Shown here: piece by piece, positions 1 through 9,046 of the stretch
Numbering within the stretch: position 1 is the first letter of the stretch
Layout: each line of letters starts with the position of its first letter
Assembly (NCBI GenBank): GCA_043800755.1
Contig: JAZDMQ010000139.1
Location: 1 to 21,328, forward strand
Direction: 5' to 3'
Length of the DNA: 21,328 bases
Origin: a bacterium
GTDB taxonomy: Bacteria; Methylomirabilota; Methylomirabilia; CAVQYV01
Position numbers and translations under genes: made by a program
Notes under the pieces: generated by a model
What the model was told of the DNA's origin: nothing
What the model saw: only the letters and a program-made list of their open reading frames with translations
The model's database searches: none

Positions 1-63
1 AGCTGGTTTCACCGCTTGTACCACAAGGAAGGGAGTTTCATGAAAGTGATTCTGCAACCTTAA
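1..63 (+). CDS. C-terminal fragment of a probable zinc-dependent (MDR) sugar/polyol dehydrogenase, 5' end outside window
   Basis: Frame 1 reads SWFHRLYHKEGSFMKVILQP*, ending in the KVIL-x-P pattern typical of MDR C-termini. Stop TAA 61-63 abuts the SD (AGGAGAGG) of the next dehydrogenase. Only 20 codons are visible. Confidence 0.6.
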   Translation, partial: SWFHRLYHKEGSFMKVILQP

Positions 64-72
64 GGAGAGGAC

Positions 73-876
73 ATGAGCCAGTCATTGTTCGACCTCACGG
101 GGAAAGTGGCAGTGGTTACGGGGGCCAGCCGGGGGCTGGGCCAGCACTTCGCCCGCGCCCTGGCTCGAGCCGGAGCGGATTTGGTGATCACCAGCCGGAA
201 GCTCGATTCCCTCCAGGGGTTCAAGAAGGAGATTGACAGTCTGGGACGCAAGGCGCTCCCCCTTGAGCTGGAGGTCCGCGACTATGACAGCATCCAGCGC
301 ATGGTCGAGGCTGCCCATCAATACTACGGCAAAATCGACATCCTGGTGAACAACGCGGGCTGCAATGTCCGCAAACCGGCTGTGGATGTGACCTGGGATG
401 ACTGGAATCTGGTAGTGGACACCAATCTCCGCGGGAGTTTCTTCGTCGCTCAGGCAGTGGCCAAGAGGATGATCCCGCGCCGTTATGGGCGCATCATCAA
501 CATCGGCTCAGTAACCACCGTCTTCGGCTATGCGAACATCACCCCCTATTGCGCCAGCCGCGGAGGCGTCAAGCAGATGACCATGAGCTTGGCGGATGAC
601 TGGGGTCCTTACGGCATCACCGTTAACTGTCTGGCTCCTGGATGGTTCAAGACCGAGCAGACCAAGGTGCTCTATGAGAACAAAGAATGGGTGGAGTACA
701 TTATTGACCGAATCCCCTTGAAACGCCCTGGGCAGCCCAATGACCTGGACGGAGCCATCGTTTTCCTGGCATCGGATGCCAGTGCTTATATGACCGGCCA
801 TACCCTGCTCGTGGATGGCGGGATTTCTACCGGGTCAACGAAGGCCAGTGTCACCTCGAAAAGAGGGCAGGCGTAG
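73..876 (+). CDS. Short-chain dehydrogenase/reductase (gluconate 5-dehydrogenase/KduD-like)
   Basis: TGASRGLG Rossmann motif, DILVNNAG, IINIGS, YCASR active-site motif, VNCLAPG and C-terminal YMTGHTLLVDGG. Strong SD upstream. Confidence 0.93.
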   Translation: MSQSLFDLTGKVAVVTGASRGLGQHFARALARAGADLVITSRKLDSLQGFKKEIDSLGRKALPLELEVRDYDSIQRMVEAAHQYYGKIDILVNNAGCNVRKPAVDVTWDDWNLVVDTNLRGSFFVAQAVAKRMIPRRYGRIINIGSVTTVFGYANITPYCASRGGVKQMTMSLADDWGPYGITVNCLAPGWFKTEQTKVLYENKEWVEYIIDRIPLKRPGQPNDLDGAIVFLASDASAYMTGHTLLVDGGISTGSTKASVTSKRGQA

Positions 877-1103
877 GAGGTGGCGCGAAATGCGCTCGCT
901 GGGCATTTCAAGAACCTGGCGAGGCCTGGAATATAGCCCTTGCAGCCGGCCTCTGTCCAGGAGGCATCCAGCCTGTCCTAGAAGGAACGAGGGGCGAGTC
1001 GGAAGGTCAGGCACGTCCGGAAAAAGGATAAAACTCCGTCCTGACGAGAGGTGGTTCAGGGTCTGTTGAGGCGAATGGGGACATTCCTGGCATAAAGAGT
1101 AAC

Positions 1104-1355
1104 GTGAGACCGCCTGACACAACATTCGAAGCAGAGCAGGTGCAAGTGGAGATTTTCAGAAGCATGGGTCCCGAGAAACGCTTGCAGGCTGCCATTGCGT
1201 TTTCCCCAACCTGTCGAAAGCCTTTGGTGGAAGGGGTACGCCGGCAGCATCCGAAATACGATGAGAGGCAGATCGTGCTGGCAGTGGCTCGGCTGATGCT
1301 GCGCGAAAAGCTGTTCTTCGCAGCCTACCCCGAGGGACGGGATATCCTGCCATGA
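1104..1355 (+). CDS. Small helical hypothetical protein, putative partner (antitoxin-like) of the downstream nucleotidyltransferase
   Basis: 83 aa, GTG start. Pattern DTTFEAEQVQVEIFRSMGPEKRL...GVRRQHPKY resembles small proteins I recall directly upstream of stand-alone nucleotidyltransferases. Its stop overlaps the next ATG (ATGA, 1352-1355). Confidence 0.7.
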   Translation: MRPPDTTFEAEQVQVEIFRSMGPEKRLQAAIAFSPTCRKPLVEGVRRQHPKYDERQIVLAVARLMLREKLFFAAYPEGRDILP

Positions 1356-1528
1356 TTCCCGAAGAGGCGTCGTAGCTTGCAGTTTCACGACTGGACGAAT
1401 GCGGGATATCCTATATGATCACCGGCTCCTTTGCCAGTAATTTGTATGGCGTGCCTCGCGCCACCCAGGACGCCGATGTGGTGATAGAGGCAGATCAAGG
1501 ATCTCTGGACAGATTCCTCCAATCTTGA
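1352..1528 (+). pseudogene. Truncated nucleotidyltransferase (Pol-beta fold) pseudogene
   Basis: Manual translation: MIPEEAS*LAVSRLDECGISYMITGSFASNLYGVPRATQDADVVIEADQGSLDRFLQS*. It carries the GS...R-x-T-x-D-x-D NTase signature, an in-frame TAG at 1373-1375 and a stop at 1526-1528, so only the N-terminal part remains. Confidence 0.8.
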
Positions 1529-1785
1529 AGGATCTCCTCCGCACAACCCACCTCCCCGCATACTCCTGGTAAGCGCCGTCAGCCCAATACCATCCCAGGC
1601 CTGAGCCACGTGATTGGGCGGCGAGAACCTATTCTCTACTGAGGGAATAGTCTGACGGATGCGATGTCCTGGCTCCGGGGAGGTTCTGTTAAGGAAGGAG
1701 CTCTGGAGGAAGAATCCCCTTCCCTGGGGATTGGACCTGTGCCATCCTCATTTTCTTCTTTGTTTTTAAGGGAGTTAGATATAAA

Positions 1786-2853
1786 ATGCCAATCGGCATG
1801 AGAACTGAGTCCTCACCCATGACGGAATTCGAGAGAAGGGTGCTCCTGATCGGGGGGATTCTGCTCTCGGCCTTTTTCCTCTCCAAGATCCTTTTCATCA
1901 TCAAGCCTTTTGTCCTTGCCTTCCTCATTGGTCTGGCCTTCCACCCGGCCCTCTCCTGGCTGGAAAGAAGGGGGATCAGGCGATGGATCTCCCTGATCCT
2001 GGGGGTCGTTCTTTTCCTCGTCCTCCTCGCCCTTGCCGGCTACTTCTTCGTCCCCCTCTTCATCAACCAGGTGACGGATCTTTCCTCCGATCTCCCCCGC
2101 CTGTGGGAACAAGTGGGAAAACGGTGGAATGCCCTCCACCAGTTGTTTCCCCGGCTGATCCCCCAGTTTCGGGAAAAGGACCTAGTCCAGGAGTTTTACC
2201 GGAATGTGGGCAGGGTCTTCCCCCTGGCCCGCCAATTCGCCTCTGGCCTATTCTCGTTGGCAGCCACCAGCCTCCTCGTCTTCTTTATCCTCATCTTCGG
2301 CCTCTATAATCCCGCCCATCTCAAGGATTGCCTGGTGGAGTCTATTCCGCCTCGCCACCGCGAGAAGGCGGCGCGGATCGGAAGACGGATGTTAGGCCAA
2401 CTGAAATCCTGGGTCCAGGGGCTCTTATTGGCCATGCTCTTCGTGGGCCTTCTCTCCTATGTGGGCCTGCTGATCCTCAAGGTGAAGTACGCCTTTGTCT
2501 TTGCGATCCTCTCCGGCTTCCTGGAGATCGTCCCGTATTTTGGGCCCATCCTTTCAGCCCTCATCCCGGCGGCCCTCACCGCCATGGATGACCCGATGCG
2601 GGGGGCCTATGTCCTCCTGCTCTTCTTTATCATCCAGCAGGTGGAAAACCATATCCTGATCCCTCTTATCATGTCCCGCCAGCTTACCCTCCATCCTCTG
2701 GGCATCATGTTTTTCTTTTTGGTCATGACTTATTATTTGGGCCTCTTTGGCACCTTTGTGGCGGTGCCCATCTATGCCTGCGTGGCCATACTCTATGACG
2801 AGCTTTACTTGCAGGGCATGGAACCCGGGAAGGCCCCTATAAAAAACCCTTGA
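1786..2853 (+). CDS. AI-2E family (UPF0118/PerM-like) transporter
   Basis: 355 aa with multiple hydrophobic segments and family motifs LEIVPYFGP, IQQVENHILIPLIM and LHPL. Start uncertain: 1786 has GGGAG upstream; 1798 and 1819 are alternatives. Confidence 0.9.
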   Translation: MPIGMRTESSPMTEFERRVLLIGGILLSAFFLSKILFIIKPFVLAFLIGLAFHPALSWLERRGIRRWISLILGVVLFLVLLALAGYFFVPLFINQVTDLSSDLPRLWEQVGKRWNALHQLFPRLIPQFREKDLVQEFYRNVGRVFPLARQFASGLFSLAATSLLVFFILIFGLYNPAHLKDCLVESIPPRHREKAARIGRRMLGQLKSWVQGLLLAMLFVGLLSYVGLLILKVKYAFVFAILSGFLEIVPYFGPILSALIPAALTAMDDPMRGAYVLLLFFIIQQVENHILIPLIMSRQLTLHPLGIMFFFLVMTYYLGLFGTFVAVPIYACVAILYDELYLQGMEPGKAPIKNP

Positions 2854-2878
2854 CAAGGGGAAACACCTCGGGTATAAA
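2850..2878 (+). promoter_or_regulatory. Sigma70-type promoter for the rho operon
   Basis: TTGACA (2850-2855), 17-nt spacer, TATAAA (2873-2878), with an A-tract just upstream. The -35 box overlaps the TGA stop of the AI-2E gene. Confidence 0.88.
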
Positions 2879-2884
2879 AGTGAT

Positions 2885-3225
2885 GCTTCAACTGAAGGTA
2901 GCCAATAAGCCCCTCGCTTAAGTAGTTGATGTTCTGATCTTCAACAGAGAGCAGATCCTGCCATCTATCTTCCTTGTCTTATTCAGCATGGATCTTCAAA
3001 GCTGTGTCCTCAGCTTGGCATCGTTGAGACGTGAACTCTCTTCTTTCCCATTGCAGGATGTCCATCAGCGATCTGAAAATGCACAGCGAGCGCATCTGAT
3101 AATGAAAGAGGTTCCTTGCAGTTGAAGATTCCTCGCCGCTGCCAGGCAGGAGCTTTATTCGAGGGGTGGCCTTCCATCGATCTCTCTCCCATTCGGTCTC
3201 CAATATCCCATAGCGAGGTAAGGTA
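2885..3225 (+). promoter_or_regulatory. Long (~340 nt) rho 5' leader with C-rich/G-poor tracts, probable autoregulatory leader
   Basis: Lies between the promoter and the rho ATG. In-frame TAG four codons upstream of the ATG excludes an N-terminal extension. Pyrimidine-rich tracts at ~2961-2984, ~3036-3049 and ~3170-3209. Confidence 0.55.
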
Positions 3226-4476
3226 ATGAATATCGCAGAGCTTAAGGAGAAGAGTATCTCCGAACTAACTACTATTGCCCGAGAATTCAGCGTTTCAGGG
3301 GTCAGCTCCCTGAGAAAGCAGGAGCTCATCTTCAAGATCCTGGAAGCGCAGACGGAGAAGAACGGCCTCATCTTTGCTGCGGGGGTTCTGGAGATCCTCC
3401 CGGATGGATTTGGTTTCCTGCGGGCCCCGGATTACAATTATCTCCCGGGGCCAGACGACATCTATGTCTCCCCCTCCCAGATAAGGCGCTTTGATCTGCA
3501 CACCGGAGACACCATCTCCGGCCAGGTGAGGCCACCCAAAGACGGGGAGCGCTATTTCGCCCTTCTCAAGGTGGAGGCGGTCAACTTCGAGAGTCCAGAA
3601 ACGGCGCGAGAAAAGATCCTCTTCGATAACTTGACCCCCCTCTTTCCCAACCAGCGATTGAAATTGGAGACCACCTCGGATGAGATGTGCATGAGGGTGA
3701 TGGATCTGATTACCCCGATTGGGAAGGGGCAAAGGGGTCTTATCGTCGCTCCTCCCCGCACCGGCAAGACGATTCTTTTGCAGAGGATCGCGAATAGCAT
3801 TACCACCAATCATCCGGAGGTGATCCTTATTGTCCTCCTCATTGACGAACGACCCGAGGAAGTGACCGATATGCAGCGATCGGTGAAGGGAGAGGTGGTC
3901 AGCTCCACCTTTGACGAGCCGGCCACCCGCCATGTGCAGGTGGCCGATATGGTGCTGGAGAAGGCCAAGCGGCTGGTGGAGCACAAGCGGGATGTGGCCA
4001 TCCTTTTGGACTCCATCACCCGTCTGGCCCGGGCGCACAATACGGTCATCCCTTCCAGCGGCAAGGTCCTCTCCGGGGGCATCGATTCCAACGCCCTGCA
4101 GAGGCCGAAGCGGTTCTTTGGGGCGGCCCGCAATATCGAGGAGGGAGGGAGCCTGACCATCATTGCCACTGCCTTGGTCGATACCGGATCGCGGATGGAC
4201 GATGTGATCTTTGAGGAATTTAAAGGGACGGGCAACATGGAGCTGCATCTGGACCGGAAGCTGGTGGACAAGAGGGTCTTCCCCGCCGTCGACATCAATC
4301 GTTCCGGGACCCGGAAGGAAGAGCTCCTCTACAAGCCAGAGGAATTGAATCGTATGTGGATCTTGAGGAAAGTGCTTCACTCCATGGGCGTGGTGGAGTC
4401 CATGGATCTCTTGCAGGAGAAATTGCGGGAAACCAAGTCCAACGAGGAATTCCTGCGGGCCATGAATACGCTTTAG
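3226..4476 (+). CDS. rho: Transcription termination factor Rho
   Basis: GFGFLR and [16 protein letters not shown]-binding motifs, Walker [40 protein letters not shown]. 416 aa, no N-terminal insertion. Confidence 0.99.
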   Translation: MNIAELKEKSISELTTIAREFSVSGVSSLRKQELIFKILEAQTEKNGLIFAAGVLEILPDGFGFLRAPDYNYLPGPDDIYVSPSQIRRFDLHTGDTISGQVRPPKDGERYFALLKVEAVNFESPETAREKILFDNLTPLFPNQRLKLETTSDEMCMRVMDLITPIGKGQRGLIVAPPRTGKTILLQRIANSITTNHPEVILIVLLIDERPEEVTDMQRSVKGEVVSSTFDEPATRHVQVADMVLEKAKRLVEHKRDVAILLDSITRLARAHNTVIPSSGKVLSGGIDSNALQRPKRFFGAARNIEEGGSLTIIATALVDTGSRMDDVIFEEFKGTGNMELHLDRKLVDKRVFPAVDINRSGTRKEELLYKPEELNRMWILRKVLHSMGVVESMDLLQEKLRETKSNEEFLRAMNTL

Positions 4477-4508
4477 GCCACTACTATTAGAGAGGAGATC
4501 GATTACCA

Positions 4509-4727
4509 ATGAAAAAGGACATTCACCCCCCCTACCAGGATTGTACCATCACCTGCGCCTGCGGGGAGGCCATTCACACCAAATCGACCCACCCCAGCAT
4601 GAAGGTGGAGATCTGCTCCAAGTGCCATCCCCTCTTCACCGGGAAGCAGAAGTTGATTGACACCGAGGGGAGGGTAGAACGCTTCCAGAAGAAATATGGA
4701 AAGAAGACGACGGGGACTTCAAGCTAA
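4509..4727 (+). CDS. rpmE: 50S ribosomal protein L31 (zinc-binding type)
   Basis: MKKDIHPPY...CACG...[15 protein letters not shown]...[11 protein letters not shown], with CxC and CxxC ligands. SD GAGGAG upstream. Confidence 0.98.
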   Translation: MKKDIHPPYQDCTITCACGEAIHTKSTHPSMKVEICSKCHPLFTGKQKLIDTEGRVERFQKKYGKKTTGTSS

Positions 4728-4741
4728 AGTCGTTCCTCTTC

Positions 4742-4785
4742 GCCCCGGGTTGCTTCATGGCCAACTCGGGGCTTGCCTTGTTTTT
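4742..4785 (+). terminator. Stem-loop after rpmE (weak intrinsic terminator or processing/stabilising hairpin)
   Basis: GCCCCGGGTTG (4742-4752) pairs with CAACTCGGGGC (4762-4772): 11 bp with one G-U, followed by an interrupted T-rich tail TTGCCTTGTTTTT. Confidence 0.5.
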
Positions 4786-4819
4786 GGGCCGCCTTTATGG
4801 CGAGCGGGGTTTTGATTCG

Positions 4820-5818
4820 ATGAGGATCGGGAAAGGCCTTTATCAGGTCCTGCTGTTTTTTCTGAGCCAGCTTGCGGAGGCCCGCCTTTCCGTGGGGGGG
4901 CAGGCGGTGATCGAAGGAGTGATGATGCGCGCCCCGCGATCCCTGACGGTGGCCGTACGCAAGCCAAAAGGGCAGGTGACCGTAAAGAGGCAAGATCTGC
5001 GGCCCGCCTCCGATCGATTCCCCTTCTTGAAGTTTCCCCTGTTGCGGGGGGTGGTCGCCTTGGTGGAGGCCCTCATCTATGGAATCTCCGCTTTAAATTA
5101 TTCAGCCAATGAGGCCTTGGTGGAAGAGGGCGCAGAGGGAGAGGAGCTCAGCCCCTGGGCACTGACAGGCATCATGGTCTTCTCCCTCGGGTTGGGGGTG
5201 GCCCTTTTCTTCATTCTTCCCCTCTACTTGACGCAGTTGACCGCAGCATGGGTTCCCCTGGTTCGACGCAGCAGCCTGTTCTTCAATTTAATCGACGGAT
5301 TTCTGAGGATCGCCGTATTTCTCATTTATGTGGCGCTCATCTCCCTGTTGAAGGATGTGCGGAGGGTATTTGAATATCATGGTGCGGAGCATGTCGCCAT
5401 CCACGCCTATGAGGAGGGCAGGGACTTGGAGGTGGCGAAGGCCAAAGGGCTGAGCCCCCTACATCCCCGGTGTGGAACGGCCTTTCTCCTCTGGGTGATG
5501 GTCATTTCCATCTTTGTCTTCTCCTTGCTTCCCAAGGATCTCTCCCTGGGGGCCAAGATCCTCTCCCGCATCGTCCTCCTGCCTTTGATCGCCGGGATCT
5601 CCTATGAGCTCATCAAGCTCTCGGGGAGGGGCAAGTATCCGTTGGTGGGTTGGCTTACCAAGCCTGGTTTGTGGCTCCAGAAGATCACTACCCGCGACCC
5701 CCAGGATGACCAGGTAGAGGTGGCGATCCGTGCCCTCTCCGAGGTGCTGGAGATGGAAAGGGAGAAGCGGGGTCCTGGGCCTGGTCCTGGCGGGGCAATT
5801 GAGGCGATATCGAGATGA
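4820..5818 (+). CDS. DUF1385 domain membrane protein (putative metal-dependent enzyme)
   Basis: [26 protein letters not shown] and [13 protein letters not shown] motifs, and the usual position between rpmE and prfA. Start 4820 preferred because ATG 4757 lies in the loop of the post-rpmE hairpin. Confidence 0.92.
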   Translation: MRIGKGLYQVLLFFLSQLAEARLSVGGQAVIEGVMMRAPRSLTVAVRKPKGQVTVKRQDLRPASDRFPFLKFPLLRGVVALVEALIYGISALNYSANEALVEEGAEGEELSPWALTGIMVFSLGLGVALFFILPLYLTQLTAAWVPLVRRSSLFFNLIDGFLRIAVFLIYVALISLLKDVRRVFEYHGAEHVAIHAYEEGRDLEVAKAKGLSPLHPRCGTAFLLWVMVISIFVFSLLPKDLSLGAKILSRIVLLPLIAGISYELIKLSGRGKYPLVGWLTKPGLWLQKITTRDPQDDQVEVAIRALSEVLEMEREKRGPGPGPGGAIEAISR

Positions 5819-6894
5819 CCGATCTGGAAAAAAAGCTGGAGGACATCAAGGAGCAATACCGGGAATTAGGGGAGAGGCTGGGCGATCCCAAGTTAATCGC
5901 TGACCACCTCTCCTATCAGAAGTACGCGAAGGCCCACGCCGAACTGGCGGAGGTCGTGGAGGAATATCATCAATATAAGAGGGTGGTATCCGCCCTCGAG
6001 GAGACCAAAAAGATCCTACAGGAGACCAAGGATCCAGAGATGCGTGATCTGGCTGAGGCCGAACTGGAGGACCTCACCCAGAAGCTCGAAACGGAAAAGG
6101 GGAGGATCCAGACCCTTCTGCTCCCCGCCGATCCCTTGGACCAGAAGAACATCATCCTGGAGATCCGGGCAGGGACCGGGGGGGATGAGGCCGCCCTGTT
6201 TGCCGCTGACCTGCTCCGCATGCATACCCGATATGCTGAGTCAAAAGGGTGGAAGGTCGAGATGCTCTCCTCCAATAACACCGGGGTGGGGGGGATCAAG
6301 GAGGCCATCCTCTCGGTGGAAGGCAAGGGGGTTTACAGTCATCTCAAATATGAGAGTGGGGTACATCGGGTGCAGCGGGTGCCAATTACCGAGGCCAGTG
6401 GACGCATCCACACCTCGGCGGTCACCGTTGCGGTTTTACCTGAGGCGGAAGAGGTAGAAGTGGAAATCGATCCCAAGGATCTCCGCATTGATGTGTTTCG
6501 ATCCACCGGGCCGGGGGGCCAGAGCGTCAATACCACGGATTCCGCAGTGCGCATCACCTATCTGCCTACCGGAATGGTCGTCTCCTGCCAAGACGAGAAA
6601 TCGCAGCATAAGAACAAGATCAAGGCAATGAAGGTCCTGAGGGCCCGGTTGTCGGACAATCTGCGGGCGGAGCAGAACGCAGAGATCTCCGCCGCCCGGA
6701 GACAACAGGTGGGGACTGGAGATCGCAGCGAGCGCATTCGCACCTACAATTTCCCCCAGGGCAGGGTCACCGATCATCGCATTGGCCTCACCCTCTACTC
6801 CCTCAACACCATCTTGGAGGGAGAGATCGATCCCTTGATCCAGGCCTTGGCCCAACATGCCCAGGCAGAGAGGCTGAAGGCCGCTTTATGCTGA
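5815..6894 (+). CDS. prfA: Peptide chain release factor 1
   Basis: [24 protein letters not shown] (PxT motif), GPGGQSVN (GGQ), [19 protein letters not shown] overlap with the upstream gene. Confidence 0.99.
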   Translation: MTDLEKKLEDIKEQYRELGERLGDPKLIADHLSYQKYAKAHAELAEVVEEYHQYKRVVSALEETKKILQETKDPEMRDLAEAELEDLTQKLETEKGRIQTLLLPADPLDQKNIILEIRAGTGGDEAALFAADLLRMHTRYAESKGWKVEMLSSNNTGVGGIKEAILSVEGKGVYSHLKYESGVHRVQRVPITEASGRIHTSAVTVAVLPEAEEVEVEIDPKDLRIDVFRSTGPGGQSVNTTDSAVRITYLPTGMVVSCQDEKSQHKNKIKAMKVLRARLSDNLRAEQNAEISAARRQQVGTGDRSERIRTYNFPQGRVTDHRIGLTLYSLNTILEGEIDPLIQALAQHAQAERLKAALC

Positions 6895-7754
6895 TCTGGC
6901 AGGGCCTGCGTTGGGCCGAGGATTTCCTGAGGTCTTCAGGGGCCTCCAATCCGCGATTGGACGCGGAGGTCTTGCTGGCCGAGATCCTGAAATGCAATCG
7001 CCTCTTCCTTTACAGCCATCCTGAGAGCCCGATTTCCCTGGAGGCCCAGGAGGTCCTGAGGATGTGGGTCGGGAGGAGGTCTCGGGGCCTTCCGGTGGCC
7101 TACATCCTGGGCAAGAAGGAATTCTGGTCCCTGGAATTTCTGGTCACCCCGGCAGTGCTCATTCCCCGGCCGGAAACAGAACGCCTGGTGGAGATATCCC
7201 TGGAGAGAGCAAGGGCAGGCAAGGCAAGAGCGATTGCCGAGGTGGGCTGCGGTTCGGGTGCGGTCATTGTAAGTCTGGCGAGGGCGTTGGGGGAGGCAAG
7301 GTTTTACGCCATTGATGCCTCCCGCGAGGCGCTGGGGGTAGCCCGCCAGAATGCCCGGAGGCATGAGGTGGCGGACAGGATTCTCTTCCTTCGCGGTGAC
7401 CTGTTGAGACCGCTTCGCGGGAAGAGGCTGGGAGGGGCATTGGATCAGGTGGTGTCCAATCCTCCCTATATTCCCCGGGGTGAAATCCCGAATCTGGCGC
7501 GTGATATCCGGCTTTACGAGCCGCATCGAGCCTTGAATGGTGGAAGAGACGGGCTCTTTTTTTACCGCCGCCTGATTCCCCAAGCGCTTGACTTCTTGAG
7601 GCCTGGGGGCTGGCTCATCCTGGAGATGGGCGGGGACCAGGGGAGTGCTATCTTGAAACTTCTGGCCCAAACCGGAGGCTTCGAGGAGCCCCTGATCGCG
7701 CGGGATGATCAGGGGGCAGAGCGGGTGATCTCTGCCCAGAGGCGGGAGGGATAG
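6888..7754 (+). CDS. prmC: Release factor glutamine methyltransferase (HemK/PrmC)
   Basis: [18 protein letters not shown]-binding motif, SNPPY, EP..AL.GG.DGL. Overlaps the prfA stop. Confidence 0.96.
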   Translation: MLIWQGLRWAEDFLRSSGASNPRLDAEVLLAEILKCNRLFLYSHPESPISLEAQEVLRMWVGRRSRGLPVAYILGKKEFWSLEFLVTPAVLIPRPETERLVEISLERARAGKARAIAEVGCGSGAVIVSLARALGEARFYAIDASREALGVARQNARRHEVADRILFLRGDLLRPLRGKRLGGALDQVVSNPPYIPRGEIPNLARDIRLYEPHRALNGGRDGLFFYRRLIPQALDFLRPGGWLILEMGGDQGSAILKLLAQTGGFEEPLIARDDQGAERVISAQRREG

Positions 7755-7763
7755 GGGCGCGCC

Positions 7764-9020
7764 TTGGATAAGATCGTGATCGAAGGGGGCTGTCGTCTGC
7801 GGGGGGAGGTGGCCGTGAGCGGGGCCAAGAATGCTGCCCTTCCCCTGATCGCTGCCAGCCTCCTCACCGAGGAGGAGGTCTTCCTGGAGAATGTCCCCCA
7901 GTTGGGGGATGTGCGAACCATGCTGCATTTGCTGATAAGGATGGGGGTAAAGGCGGAGACCCCGGATCCTCATTCCGTCTCTCTGCGGGCGGAGGGGTTG
8001 AACGCGTGGGAAGCCCCCTATGAGATGGTGAAGACGATGCGGGCCTCCATCTTGGTTTTGGGGCCTCTATTGGCTCGTTGGGGCAGGGGCCGGGTTTCCC
8101 TCCCTGGGGGCTGCTCCATCGGGTCCAGGCCCATTAACCTTCATCTGATGGGCTTCGAGAGGATGGGAGCACGAATTCGACTCAGGGAGGGGTATGTGGA
8201 GGCAGAGTCCGAGAGGCTCCACGGATCTCACATCCTCTTCGACATCTCCACGGTGACGGGCACCGAGAATCTGATGATGGCGGCCTGCCTCGCCGAGGGG
8301 GAGACCATCTTGGAGAATGCGGCACGGGAGCCGGAAGTGGTGGACCTGGCTCAGTTACTAATTTCCATGGGGGCGAAGATCGAAGGTGCGGGGTCTCGCC
8401 GCATCGCGATTGAAGGGGTCAAGGATTTGAAGGGGGCCCGCCGTCGCATCATCCCTGATCGGATCGAGGCGGGCACCCTGATGGTGGCCGCCGGGATCAC
8501 CAAGGGCGATGTCTTCGTCCGCGAGGCAATCCCCGAGCACATGCCGATCTTTATTGAGAAGCTTAAAGAGGCGGGATTGGGGATCGAGATTGAGAATGGC
8601 GGCATCAGGGCCAGGATGGATCGCCGGCCGAGACCGGTGAATATCAAGACCCTCCCCTATCCCGGATTTGCCACCGACATGCAAGCGCAGATGATGGCCC
8701 TGGCGAGTGTCGGTCAAGGTCGCTCCACGATCTCCGAGACAGTTTTCGAGAATCGCTTTCTCCACATCAATGAACTCATGAGGATGGGGGCCAATATCCG
8801 GGTGGAAGGGAGCACGGCGATCATCCAGGGTGTCCCCGAGCTAAGTGGGGCCCCGGTGATGGCGACCGATTTGCGCGCCAGCGCCTGCCTGGTCCTTGCG
8901 GGGTTGGCCGCCCAGGGCATCACCTCGATTTCCCGGGTCTATCATTTGGATCGGGGCTATGAGGGAATTGAGCGGAAGCTTTCGGCACTGGGGGCGAGGA
9001 TTGAGCGCGTCCCCGAATGA
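7764..9020 (+). CDS. murA: UDP-N-acetylglucosamine 1-carboxyvinyltransferase
   Basis: [32 protein letters not shown] (active-site Cys retained), ATDLRAS, YHLDRGY. TTG start. Confidence 0.99.
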   Translation: MDKIVIEGGCRLRGEVAVSGAKNAALPLIAASLLTEEEVFLENVPQLGDVRTMLHLLIRMGVKAETPDPHSVSLRAEGLNAWEAPYEMVKTMRASILVLGPLLARWGRGRVSLPGGCSIGSRPINLHLMGFERMGARIRLREGYVEAESERLHGSHILFDISTVTGTENLMMAACLAEGETILENAAREPEVVDLAQLLISMGAKIEGAGSRRIAIEGVKDLKGARRRIIPDRIEAGTLMVAAGITKGDVFVREAIPEHMPIFIEKLKEAGLGIEIENGGIRARMDRRPRPVNIKTLPYPGFATDMQAQMMALASVGQGRSTISETVFENRFLHINELMRMGANIRVEGSTAIIQGVPELSGAPVMATDLRASACLVLAGLAAQGITSISRVYHLDRGYEGIERKLSALGARIERVPE

Positions 9021-9046
9021 AGGTCGAAGACGGGAAGGGGTCCCCA

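Noticed and set aside
877-1103. Intergenic region with small hairpin GAAATGC/GCATTTC, a CTGACGA hammerhead-like core (~1041) and short ORFs
   Set aside because: No stem II/GAAA arrangement for a hammerhead, the hairpin lacks a U-tract, and the ORFs look non-coding.
1373-1375. In-frame TAG as possible pyrrolysine or read-through codon
   Set aside because: The frame ends 50 codons later regardless, and TAG is used as a normal stop in this window (SDR, rho, prmC, mutS2). Pseudogenisation is simpler.
1759-1787. Possible promoter for the AI-2E gene (TTGTTT...TAAAAT)
   Set aside because: Poor -35 match, 16-nt spacer and overlap with the candidate start codon; too weak to call.
2988-3125. 45-aa leader ORF MDLQSCVLSL...EVPCS
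   Set aside because: No SD sequence, no regulatory codon run and no recognisable similarity.
2885-3130. 6S RNA or a known riboswitch in the rho leader
   Set aside because: Only short terminal complementarity; no extended rod with central bubble, no terminator and no recognisable aptamer consensus.
3295-4509. 404-aa minus-strand ORF antisense to rho (likewise 6936-7973, 8957-10303 and 16308-17225)
   Set aside because: These are shadow frames of well-conserved + strand genes, expected from high-GC codon bias, and have no recognisable motifs.
8101-8130. Fosfomycin-resistant MurA variant
   Set aside because: The active-site Cys is retained in [11 protein letters not shown], so this is an ordinary MurA.
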